Part shown: positions 1 through 51,800 of the stretch, piece after piece
Numbering within the stretch: the stretch's first letter is position 1
Layout of the letters: the number at the start of each line of letters is the position of its first letter
DNA from: Balanoglossus misakiensis
Taxonomy: Eukaryota > Animalia > Hemichordata
DNA: 64,000 nt
Reading direction: 5' to 3'
Assembly (NCBI GenBank): GCA_040954595.2
Contig: CM082577.2
Coordinates: 18,016,303-18,080,302, forward strand
Translations under genes and position numbers: made by a program
Notes under the pieces: model-generated
The model's input: only the letters and a program-made list of their open reading frames with translations
What the model was told of the DNA's origin: nothing
Database searches by the model: none

Positions 1-500
1 TGAGCTCGGCCATGAGCGACGGGGACTGGAATCTTGTAATCCACGTGGGAGCTCGGTGTTGAAGTTCAGCACGTCGGTATGTCCTGTTGGTTTGAATTCA
101 GCGTTGCTCTCGGACTTAAAATGCATGTCTACGCCTGCAACTGTAAGTGAAGTGAACCTGTTACTTTCTTCTGAGAGGACTTCAGGAAAGAACTGTGTGA
201 GAAAGCAGCACGCCAGCGTGAACCAGCGTCGGGTCGGTGCGGAGAACTCACGGAACACTGAATTATCGCGTCCGCTCACCACGTGTGTAATATTACCACG
301 GAACTGATACAAGTTTCTTGAGGACATTACAATATTTCAGTAAGAACCCTAGTAACATTTAAGTTTCAGTGCTTGTACTATGATATTATTTTTCTTCCTG
401 TGACAAATAGATTCGCAGTGAAACATATAACTTTGGGTGTACTGTGTATCATTGTTGTTGCTGTCTGGGTGTTTGTGTTGCGAGTTTTCGGTTCGTAACA
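1..500. mobile_element. Right-hand end of a probable LTR (5' part outside the window), inserted into a C-run of the MITE that resumes at 501
   Basis: Sequence ends ...GGTTCGTAACA at 500 (LTR-type ...ACA terminus). It is followed abruptly by CCCCCCTTTTAGACTTCAAAATTTAAGTGA, which matches the MITE tail at ~1905-1935 and ~32015-32042. No coding region is visible. Confidence 0.5.
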
Positions 501-1992
501 CCCCCCTTTTAGACTTCAAAATTTAAGTGACCCCCCCCCTGGATTTTGCCGCCCCCCCCGGCCGTAAAAACTGAACGGTCCCTAAAGTAATTGAAGTATA
601 TAATAGTATATCGTTGCAATAAAGAAATCTATGAATAAATTAAAATGACAAACCAATACAATAGTGAACAGAATTGGTAAAACAAGATAATTGAAGGGAT
701 GGGTGTGGGAGGGGGTGTCCCCGCCCAACTAAGAAAATTTTAATGAACTCAATGTTGGGGAGGATAAGGGACCGTTCAGATTTTACGGCAGGGGGGGGGG
801 GCGGCAAGTTTGTGTCATCGGTTCTCAAAATCAGGCTGACCCCCCTTCACCCAGGACCAAAAAATGATGACCCCCCCTTTGACAGACCCAAAAATATGAT
901 GACCCCCCCCCCCCCACGCCCAAAACATTCGCCATCCTGATCCTATGTACACTGTATGCAATAAAGGGAATGAGGCTCCTCACACCTCAATTATAAATTT
1001 CTTAAAGTATTATTGAAGTATATAATAGTATATCGTTGCAATAAAGAAATCCATGAACAAATTAAAATGGCAAGTCAATATAATAGTTGCTAGAATCTGT
1101 AAAACAAGAAAAGTGACGGTGCTCAAAGTTGCAATTTAATGAACTCAAAAGCAAATTAACTCAATGTTAGGGAGAACAAATTTTAATTTTGCCACTCCAC
1201 TCAACGTAAGCATCGGGGGGTGGGGTGGCAAGAAGTCTTCCCTGTTACACTAGACAAACCAGTGAATAAATGCAATGTGGCGAAGAATGGAGGGGGTGGG
1301 TGTACACTGTGTGCAATAAAGGGAATGAGGCTCCTCACACCTCAATTATAAATTTCTTAAAGTAATTAAAGTATATAATAGTATATCGTTGCAATAAAGA
1401 AATCTATGAACAAAATAAAATGACAAGTCAATACAACAGTTGCTAGAATTGGTAAAACAAGAAAAGTGGCGGGGGTGGGTGTCCCCCTCCCACACAAGAA
1501 ATTTTTGTAAAATATGTAGCGCAAAGTTGCATTTTAATGAACTCAAAAGCAAATTATCTCAATGTTCGGGAGGACCAATTTTACTTTTTGCCACTCCACT
1601 CAAAGTTAGAAGATTTGGCGTCATCTTCGTCATGATATCATTTATAAATCTTCTAGTATATAGAAGATGCAGCGCGAAACTATCAGTTATGCAAAATGGT
1701 TTAAACAATTATTCTACTTTATGTATTCACTTTGTTAAATATTATGTGGCGGAGAATGAAGGGGGTGGGCATGGGAGGGGGTGCCCACATTAGAAAATTT
1801 TGTAAAATAAAGGGTGTGAAACTGCAATTTTGTGGACTCAAAAGCAAAAGTTCGGTGGCAAAAGTATGTGACCCCCCCTAAACGTTTAAAAAAAACAGAT
1901 GACCCCCCCCCTTTTGGATTTCAAAATTTAAGTGACCCCCCCCCCCCCTGGATTTTGCCGGGTCCCCAGGGCCACAAAAACGGTACAGTCCC
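501..1992. mobile_element. Nested/tandem copies of a non-autonomous TIR element (termini GGGACCGTTCAG...CTGAACGGTCCC; TTAA-type, Kolobok/piggyBac-like)
   Basis: One copy ends at 582 (CTGAACGGTCCC) and another runs 768-1992. Internal blocks repeat at ~583-760, ~945-1300 and ~1300-1610. A near-identical family member lies at 31203-32074. Confidence 0.75.
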
Positions 1993-3052
1993 TTATTTAC
2001 ATTGATATCTTAGTGATTGACAATGTTTTAACAATGTTACATCATTGTTCTCCTGTAACAGTATGTCATCAAATGTAAAATTTTGTAATGATTTCAGTGT
2101 CCTGATGGCTGACTTTTCAGAAGGTTTTTTCTGTTGGTATATACTATATTGTTATGACGAATGTAACCTATTTCAAACCACACATTTTGTTATTACCTGA
2201 CAGAGAATATATATTTATTTATTAAGTACGAAGCCTTATGTAAACTTTCCCATGCATCTGATGCTGTTAATTCATCTCAAAATGTAATGACAATTTGATA
2301 AAATTTGGTACATTCATTCTATAATATTGTACCTCTTGAAATATAAAACACAGTGTCAAGGACACTGTCATCCCATTTTGGGATGACAGTGTCCATTTTG
2401 GGATGACAATGAAATAGATACACAACATTATTAAAATCCCTGGTGAAATTGGCAAGCAGTTTAAAGTCGTCCTCACTTCTGAGGGAAAATGTTTATGTGC
2501 AATGCACACGTCTGTGAAATTGGCGCATAAGTTTTTTTTTTTACAATATCTTACTTGCGCTATTCCTAGGAACATGCCTACTTAATGCAAATTTCAAAGC
2601 AACTGACAAGTGGTTTTAGAGAAAAGAATTTTTGAGCAAAAATGGCGAAAATTGCTCAAAAAATTATAAATATGCAAATTTTTCAACAATTTGAACAAAA
2701 CTATGGAAATTCAGATCACCTATAGGAAACTTCATACTAAATTTCGAAGAAGTTAGCTGATCACTTTCAGAAAAGAAGATAATAACCAATAATGTGGATA
2801 AGACAAAAAAGTAGGTTTCCCTTCTAATAACGTTTTAAGTTTCAAAAATAATGTGACATAACAAAATAAGTTCAATTATATCTTACTTGTAAAATAACAT
2901 GTAAACCTTCAACATTACCATTATTTTTGAAGTCATTGAAAGTGGACAATGAGAAAAATGGTATGCTTGGCATTTGCTAAAACCATTTATAAATTTGTCT
3001 ACACACGGGAGACATGCTAGATTTCACTGAGGAATCTACAAGTTTAATAGTT

Positions 3053-3391
3053 TGTCTCTCGCTGCCCTTTTTTCCATTAATTATGTTTGATACAAGACAC
3101 TGTTCATATTATTCTACATGTGGATATATAGTGAATCAACGTTCAACCACAAGCAACTTCCACCCCACTTGTATTATTATATGAGACTAAAAACTCGCCC
3201 AAAATGAATAAATGGTAAAGAACGATTATACATTTTGGCGAGTTTTTTCACTCTCCTGTCTATAAGAGGGATGGAAGTTGGGTGTGGTTGAACGTTCATT
3301 CACTATATATCCAGGTGAAGAATAACAAACGGTGTCTTGTATCAAATATAATTAATGGAAAAAAGAGCAGCGAGAGAGAGACTTTGTCCCT
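3053..3391. mobile_element. Palindromic (foldback) MITE, TTAA-type, copy 1
   Basis: Arms TCTCTCGCTGCCCTTTTTTCCATTAATTATGTTTGATACAAGACAC... and ...GTGTCTTGTATCAAATATAATTAATGGAAAAAAGAGCAGCGAGAGA...GTCCCT followed by TTAA. Other copies at 53302-53644 and 52052-52264. Confidence 0.8.
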
Positions 3392-3906
3392 TTAAGTAAA
3401 GTTCAGATACTAAGCATTTTGAAAATGTTGGTTTCTTGGAAATCCCATGTGTCTTTGATGGGAAATATCGCCATGACAAAATGGGTAGAATGCATCACTA
3501 ACTTAATTTTCAAGATTTTTGGAAGAAGTCATGCTGAGCTTTGAAATGGTTTGAACAGTATACATAGCACAACGATATTTGCACTGTAGCAGAAGGATCA
3601 ACTGATCTAAAATTATACCTTCATAGAATATTCCATATGAGAGAGTCATACATCAGAATATTTCTGATCACTACATAGCATACATGCACTTGTCAAGTAT
3701 ATATCTTGTGTAAAATGTTTAACGTAGAATATTTGTGACAAAATGCCTTTATGTCTCACAAACGTGAAAAAACACTAATCTATACAAGCTGTAAAAACTG
3801 AAATGGTTCACATTTACAAAATCCACACTAATCACCACTCAGTTATTGCTCTTCTATCCACAGGGAATAGAGGAATGAATCGTGGTGTTGTTGTTGTGTT
3901 GTTGTT

Positions 3907-4920
3907 GATGATGATGATAATAAAAACATTTAAAAAAAAATCAATGTGTCATTTCCTGCTATTGTTTGTCGATGTTGTAGATAACTGTAAATGAACACCG
4001 TAATCGTGGAAAACACGACCTAGGTCGCCCAACGTCACTCGTAGAAAACACGACCTAGGTTGCCCAACGTCACTCCCGTCTTATATACAGGCAAGGGTGG
4101 AATCGACATGCCCTGATCTAGGCTCATGGGCCACCTTCAAGGCCCTGAAAAATCACCCCATTCACGAGAGAGCGATTAAATTATGCCATCATAGGCACTG
4201 AAATTTATCTCACTGACCTGATTTGGGCTTCACTTGATCTATCGACCTGCAAACGAGTGGAAAAACGGCGATTTCCAAGTCGTACCCAGTCGACAGTTCA
4301 CATTTTGAAATTCGCGGCCGATGGTGTTGGCTATGACATCACTGCCTTATTTAAATTGACCAATCGGGCGCCCTGTAAAGGCTGCCTCGGCCACCCGATT
4401 GTTTATTGCTCAACTCGTACGAGTACGTGTAACTGCGTTCAAAATAACGCGAAAAAAAGGAGGCGAAACCTTAAGAGTCATACAGATAAATGGATACTTC
4501 CCAACTCTTTGTCATAAAATCTACCATTTTACGTCTTGAATACAGTGCAGTCGATAGTCAGAACGTACACTTCCGGGTGTTGCTTTACAGGGCGCCCGAT
4601 TGGTCAATTTAAATAAGGCAGTGATGTCATAGCCAACACCATCGGCCGCGAATTTCAAAATGTGAACTGTCGACTGGGTACGACTTGGAAATCGCCGTTT
4701 TCCCACTCGTTTGCAGGTTGATAGATCAAGTGAAGCCCAAATCAGGTCAGTGAGATAAATTTCAGTGCCTATGATGTCATGTTTTCCACGAGTGACGTTG
4801 GGCGACCTAGGTCGTATTTTCCACGATTATGGTGTTTTTTTACAGTTATCTACAACATCGACAAACAGCAAGAAATGACACATTGATTTTTTTTAATTTT
4901 TTTAATTATTATCATCATCA
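3907..4920. repeat. ~1-kb foldback element immediately downstream of the GAA stop codon
   Basis: 3907-4050 is the reverse complement of ~4780-4920, and ~4188-4380 is the reverse complement of ~4584-4775. A 35-bp unit is duplicated at 4006-4075. Confidence 0.85.
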
Positions 4921-5007
4921 TTTCCTAAGCTCCCTATGTTCTATCTTGGCACTATGTATTGTCCATTGATCTTAATACTTCACATATCACTATTGGTTCC
5001 ACTTCAT

Positions 5008-44439
<39,432 letters not shown>

Positions 44440-44595
44440 GTTTTAATGAAACTTCGAATAAAAAACCGAAGCTGTGGTAGAAAGGTATCGTATCCGAATT
44501 GCGAAGATCTAAAAGTACTGACAGTGGCATAGATGATGTGGTCCCTGGCTGGAGATGCCTGTAACTTGATCGTGTACTGAAAGTCACGCTGAAAT

Positions 44596-44663
44596 GTCAT
44601 GTGATTCACACATGTGACTCCAATATGACCTCCAGAAAGGTCAAACGAGAAGGTCAAAGTTCA
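44596..44663. promoter_or_regulatory. Putative GAA proximal promoter: two M-box/CLEAR-like E-boxes and four nuclear-receptor half-sites
   Basis: GTCATGTGA (44596-604), CATGTGAC (44611-618), TGACCT-n6-AGGTCA (44626-643) and AGGTCA-A-AGTTCA DR1 (44651-663), all 160-225 bp upstream of the GAA ATG. Confidence 0.55.
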
Positions 44664-45891
44664 GCGTGCTTTTGAGTTGAGTTCATGATGATACTAATCA
44701 GTCTAAGGTCTGAATTAGTGATACTAATTTGTAATGCATGCTCCTGTGGACCGTTTTACATAATATGGATAGTTTTGATTCCGATTGGAATGGTCTGCTT
44801 TTGTCCGTTGATTGTTTTTTGGCCCCGTTTGGGTCGGTTAGTCGAAGTTTAGCTCTGAGTTTAGGGCCTAGGCATAGGAGGCACACATCTCGGTCAGAAG
44901 AACTGTGATTATACCTGTTGCCAACCTACACATCACCATGATCATACTATAAACGAGAAGATTACACATATTTGATGGAAGGAGTACAGTGTGCCACATC
45001 GTCTGGTAAGGGTACCATTATAATTTGCATATAACGGTTTATGTAGTTGGCCGCATCCAACACTGGCCCTGGTATTGTAAGTGCATTTAATTTGCATATG
45101 ACAATTTAATATACATGTATTCCACAATTTCATTGGTGGGCGCGAGTCTTTAAACACCTGGAAGTCTATATAAAATCGTGTAGTGAATAGTGATGCTTGC
45201 CAGTTTGTCACAGTACAACGCTCCAGCTAGCTGGTCATTGTCATATCCTTGCGTTAATTTCTCCGTACACGTGGGTCCAACGTGGTTTTCCACCGAATTT
45301 TTATTTTCTTTCAATTTCGTGTTTAATTGAATTTCGTTTTATAAGCAAGACGTGTACGTAACTATTGGTTGGTGTTCAACTTTATTGAAGGTGAGCAACT
45401 CTAGTGTAAATGCATTTTGGTGATTCCAACTTCATGCAATATCACAGCGGAAACATTTGGTATTGAGAAAGATTCTCAGAGTCAAATCACCTAAACCTCC
45501 GGTGACTTGCAAGCATTCCCGCGGCGCACTTTCCCCTATAATGCTTTCTAATAACATTGCCCATTCGGTGATTCCTGGGAAATGTACTTGTAGTGGAGAA
45601 GAGATAGTTCCTGATGAGTTTTAACTATGAACTTCATAATTGTCGTAATGCGAAGAAACTAAGCGAACAGCTGAGAACAAGACTGTCAGACCAGATATAC
45701 AACTGATCAGCAGAATGTATGAATTGTCACCGACATTTGTGAAATATTCTCTAAACTTATGCTACAGCAGCTTTCCAGAGCCCAATTAAAACATTTACTA
45801 TTTTCAGTATCTTTTGAAGTAGTGGTGTATAGGAATTTTTGCTTTTGATGAATGAGATGGTTTGAACAAATTGGATTGTTTGCAGGTGGAA

Positions 45892-48800
45892 ATGGAGAAG
45901 CACTACAAAGGAATAGTGGCCTTGGTTGGCTTGTTACTTTTGTGCATGACATCTTCATCGTCAAACCTTGAATTACCTGTTGAAGGTTCAAAGTTTACAG
46001 CACATGTTCTTGACGGCTATTTGGGCGACAAGCTTGACAACTTTAAAACTGAACTTCACCGCTCATATGAAAGTCACAGACACAGGCAAAGACGGTCTGC
46101 AACAGGTACGTTTGTTTACTAGTGTGCATTCTTTTGTGCAAATGTTTTGTATTTTTTAAGTAGTTTATGTTATAAAAAAAACAATTTGGGAGACATTTTC
46201 CCATCTGATTTATTCATGTTCATAAATTATGTACATATCAAATGCTAAAAAGGTGTCCTTGTTGGTTGCAAGTGTAGGAGACTTTACAAGTAAGATATGT
46301 CGTATAAGTTAAATGTAACAGTTCTAATGACAAATGTCCTTAATGCTGTTCATGAGTGAATGCTATTTTTGTGTTGTAATATACTGGTAGTGAAAAAAAT
46401 ATTGAATATATTTTGGCTGCCATAATCTTTGAATGTTTTTTTTTCCTGGTAAATGGTAGTTTGATACTTGATAGTATATTTTCTGCATATTGGCCTCAAG
46501 TAATCTGAACACAAGATGTTAATTTGTTCTTGCAGAAAGTTCTGTTGCACATTGGGTGTTGGATGACGTTATACCAGTGAACGGCTTGCACACAGTCCAT
46601 GCATCATCTGTAGCTCATTTCACATACAAGACAGATGAATATCTCATCGTAGGAGCTGAAACAAATGATGCTGGAGACAGTTGTAGAGCTTTGTCCACAG
46701 TGTACTTGTTTGAAAATGACACTCAATCATTCACAGACAGCGACCTGGACCTGACCACTTTTTGTGTATCTGACATCGAGCCATTCTTCATTGATGGTTC
46801 TGTATACCTGGCAATTGCCCAGAAGAAGAATGATGCAGGACAGTTTGATGTGGAATCAGTTATCTACAAGTTTGATGCCGATGGTCCACACACTTTTCCA
46901 TTTGTACAGAGTGTTCGTACAAATGGTGCAACAGATTTTGAATTTTATGACCATGACGGTACCTACCTGTTGGCAGTCACCAATGAACAGACTGACAGAT
47001 ATGCAAAGTTCCAAACCAAATTTGAGTAAGTTTAATCTTGTTGATCAAACAGTAAATATTGTATTACAAAACCAATGTGGGCCAAATTTGATATGTTGTA
47101 TATTTGAAGTTTAGAAGTGGTATATATTGCCTCTGTTGCTCCTTTTCTGTATGCACAATATCCAGAGTGGGTCAACTTAATTATGATAATGTGCTTAAAG
47201 GTGAAAACTAGACATATTGTTGGATTTTAAAGAGTGACAGTTCTTAGTCGGCTTTGAAGTTTCCATATTTTGATTTGAATGACGGGCAAAGCAAACTTTC
47301 AAATCTCATAAGATGATGGTCAGTTGTTTGCATTTTCTTATGTAGAATGATTTTGTATTTAATTTTTCAGAGTGTTTCAATGGGTTGGTGCTTACTTTGA
47401 CCGAATTGCTCAAGCAACAACTTACGCAGCACAGGACGCATGTGGATTTGCAATCAATGGACAGGTCTACTTTGCTGTGGCACAGTATCAAAACAATGAT
47501 GGCTCCTTCGATGTTGGAAGCATGATTTTTCAATATGATGAGTGTGAGTAATATATTTTGTAAACATATGCATGTCATTGAAGATGGACTCTAGTGTAAA
47601 TGATGTTGACAATTGTAAGATTATAAGTTGTTATGCTTATTCGATATTAAAAATCAGTTGCTTTTAGAAATATTTATTATTCGTACATTATTCATAATTG
47701 CATAAATGTATTAATTTTCAGATAACGTAGAGTTGAGAGAATTCCAAAGTGTACCTTCCACTGCGGCCATGGATTTTGAATATTTTGAGCTGAATGGAAA
47801 CCACTACTTGGCTTTGGCCAATTATATGGAGTTACGAGATGGTGCCTTAAGAACAGATACTGAATCTGTCATATTTTGGTGGGCTGGTAAGTTTGAAATT
47901 TAATTATTCTCCCATTTGCCATGTACCCATCTGTGTAATAATGTACATACACTTGAAACACAATGTTCAGTTGTAATGTACAAGGGTGCAGGATGGGTTG
48001 AAGATGTATTTTCAGTTATCTAATTGCCATACATTTGCAAAAAAAATCCACAAATATCACAAATCCACTCTCCCCCCCCCCCCAAGATGTTTCTTATTAA
48101 GAGGGAATGAAGCAAAGTGATGAGAGTTCACCTCGCCACATTCTTTGGTGTATTTCTGACAATTTCACAGCAATCCCCTGGGTATCAATGCAGTAATTAT
48201 GTCATAGAATTGAATAATTCATAAACAAGTTACTTTTTCACCGTTATTGGTGAAAAGTGTTGGCTTCCGTAACCTTATTTACCCCTCCATCCACATAACT
48301 TGCCTTACAGTTAGAAGGAATCGCTGAAGGAGGAAAAACATTGTTACAGACATTATTTTTTACCTTATTTTTAGTACATATCTGGATGCACAGTTCACTA
48401 CAACATTACATAGCACAAATGCAAAAATCTATTTTGTGGAAGTATTGAAAGCAAGCATGGGGAGATGCAAATTTGTGGATACAACTGAATGCTGTCATTT
48501 GCTTAACAAGTTTACGAATCGTACCAGTTTTATATGCCCCTGAGATTTTAAAAACCAAGTTTTTATAAATTTTGAATTTTTTCTTTCAGGTAATCAGTTT
48601 GTGGAATACCAACGAATCTTGACCCATGGTGCGACCAAAATTGAAAGTATACCATTACCCAATGGAGAGGTTCTTCTTGCAATTGGCAATTCTGATGTGA
48701 GTAACCATGAGATCTTTAAAATTCTTTGCTTATCTCTACAAGTAGGTACAAATTACACCAGTAGTCAGTCTCATCAAAGATCTACTTTGTGGTCAAAGTT

Positions 48801-51800
48801 CTGTTGAGTTCATTAGATTACTAGAGTAATACATTAAGGCATGTCTGTTTAGCTTAAATCTGGTGCAATAGAGATCGATCATGAAGTAAGCGAATAATCA
48901 TAAAGTGATTGTGTTGAGCGTGGAACCCAGGTATAAGTTACAGGGGTTTCCCACTTACAAAAATGTTCTATATAGAGTTCTATAGCGTTCTATAGATTTT
49001 GATAGTTTTTATGTCTAAAGAATTCTATAGGAATAGGGTCTAAATGTGGAATAAACTGCCCTTTTCACTCCATAGCAGTGAGAATTTTAATGCGTTTAAG
49101 TCATCTTAAAAAAAAAATTATTTAGGGAATAACTTTAACTCGTGTATTTTATTATACATGTACATCATTTTAATTGTTTGTTTTATATGGTAGTTGTGTA
49201 TAGTGCTTTGAGATGTTTTTTTACATGGAAAACATTTTTTGTAAAGAAATGTATATTAAAACTACTTACAAATCTATACACATGAATGGAAATTCTATAA
49301 ACCAACACAATTCTATTGGCTATAAAATGCTATAGATGTCTATAGAATGGGCCAGCCATTTTAGCAGAGTTACATATGTAATAATGTATGATACATATTT
49401 GCTGCAGCCATATTACGGATTCTTTTCAGTGGTTGCTTTGCCAGGCCATTTGGGTAAACAAATTGCAAGCAATAGCAGTGCCAGTCAAATGTTTCCCTCC
49501 AAGGTTTCAAGAGCATATACAAGTTTAGTTTCAGTGCCCAAAGGTGGATGGACTACAGAATCAGGTTATTCCTCTTTCCAGCCATTACACTAAAAACGAA
49601 AACAATTTATTTGGGTTGAATTTAAATCTCCAACTGATAAATTAATCCAGCACGTGTTGATTGTAAATATGGAAGTATAAATTTAAATGGTCTTGAGTGT
49701 AGATTTTCTTTATATAAATCTTTTATAAATTATTCAATGATGTAAGGAAATACTACGCAAAATGTGATGTTTCACCGAGAATGCAGTGGAACATATTGGC
49801 TTTAATTTGATTTTTTTATGTTTCTGCAGAATGATGTTGGTGTTGTAATCTTTTCAATGGATACAAATGGACAGTTTGTTGTAACATCTACCAATGTACA
49901 AGGATTCAATCCATGGACCGACATGTCTACACATGAATATCCTCGCATCGATTATTTGCAAACGTTCACTGTTGGAAGTAAAAGTTATCTTGCTGTAGCA
50001 AACAACAACCATAATGAGACTCAAACTGGAGATGCAGTCTTTGAACTTGATCTGACCACTGAAATAGGTAAGTTTCATTTTTGGGGTAAAATCTTAATTC
50101 GCAGCATACAGATGGCAAACTTGAATAAATAGACTTTCATGGTCTTCAGTTTCAAAGATGAAACTCTATTAATAAAAGTTGGATGTAGACAAACATTGGT
50201 GTAGATAAGAGTAGGTTGCAGGCAAAAACAACTACATGTAACTACTTTGACTTTTCTTTTTAGGTGCTTTTATAAGAAATAACCTGTCATTGCTTCCCAC
50301 TAAAACACTATTTACTCCCCCTGGATTCTACCACATTCCTGTACTTGTAAAATTTTGCTGGCTTCTTTTGAGCTTAGCTGCACCCCTGAGACAATATACC
50401 AGACCAAACTAAAATCTTGACATTGAACTTACAAGTTTAGTTAAACCTTGAGGAACTCCAGTGCGTGCCATTTCTAGAGGCGTGATTTACAACACGAACT
50501 GGGAAAAGATGAGTTTAGGTAGGACATGGATGAGGTGTTTGTGTACTTAACTTGGTTTAACGGTTTTGACTACAGCTCTTCCTGTATCTATGGATCCAAT
50601 CTTGGGCTGTGTCACAGAGGTGATTCAAAATCTGCAACAACAAGTAACTGCACTGAGTGACTTGGCGCAGAGACTGGATAACAGAATGAGTGTAACTCAA
50701 GTACAGTCCATAGACTCTCCTGTAGTGTTTCAAGGTAAGGTCATCTAGTCCACTCAAATTGCAACCTCCTGTCATTCGTACAAAATGGATTAGTTAATCT
50801 GAGCTCTCTCAATTAGCACAAGATTGTCACAATACTGAGATATCCATTGATTCACTCGATGCCGATGAAGTCTGGCCATGTGTAGACATATTTGCAAACC
50901 AGTTTATTTAGAAAATTTAAAATGTACTTAAGGATGTATGCGCAAGAACATAAACTAGTAAACTGCACAAATTTGTGTGTTTTTCTCTTTCCATAGGATT
51001 ACATTGAAAATTGCAAGATAACTTGCTTCTGCTATTTTCATTTTCATGAACTTTTTACACATATCTGGGTCAAATATAAATTCTGTCACCATGCTCTTTC
51101 GAGATGAGTTAATTTAATTGTTATTGCACATTGACAAACCATTGGTGAAAAATTCTTCAAGTATCTACTAAATTCATAAACAATACTTTCACTGTTATGA
51201 AAACATGCACCATGAAGCACTTTATTTTTCACATTGTGATGGCATTTAAAAAAATTTCCAGCAATGTTGTTCAATGAAAGTCAACTTTCACTAGATAAAT
51301 TTAATGCTTATTTAAATGCTTTACAAGTCATAGAATAGAAAAACTGATTAGAAAGGCAATCTTTAATGGTACAAATAAGACAACAGTAAGTTGTACTACT
51401 CTGGAACACAAAGCAGTAGTTTGAGCAACCTGCAGTTATCACTTTATGCAATAAAAATGACTAACGTAATGCCAATAAATGACACAACAGTTGTTCAGTT
51501 GCCCTTGTTACCATCCACATTTATGGGGGTCACACACGCCATTAAGACAGTTCTGAAGTGTCTCAGATCAGAAAACGTCTTAAAAAACGTGTGTGGACGG
51601 TGTATATTTTTCCCTGTCTGAACCTGGTAATTGTTGCAATACTGCTGAATATTTGTTGCACCTTGTCTCCATACAGGTGCAAAATAAATTTGCAAATGTT
51701 AGATCATCAAGGTGCTAATCTAATTGTTTATGTTGCTCATCATTTGTCAAGGTAACGTGAAAACACAAGCCAAGTTTGAGACTGCAGAATTGGAACTTGA

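Noticed and set aside
1440-1793. 117-aa ORF with a paralogue at 31523-31852
   Set aside because: Both lie in copies of the same non-autonomous element; frames differ at the ends and no known motif is present.
4257-4706. Two ORFs on opposite strands with the same N-terminal peptide (KRRFPSRTQSTVHILKF...)
   Set aside because: Artefact of the inverted arms of the 3907-4920 foldback; no domain or splice support.
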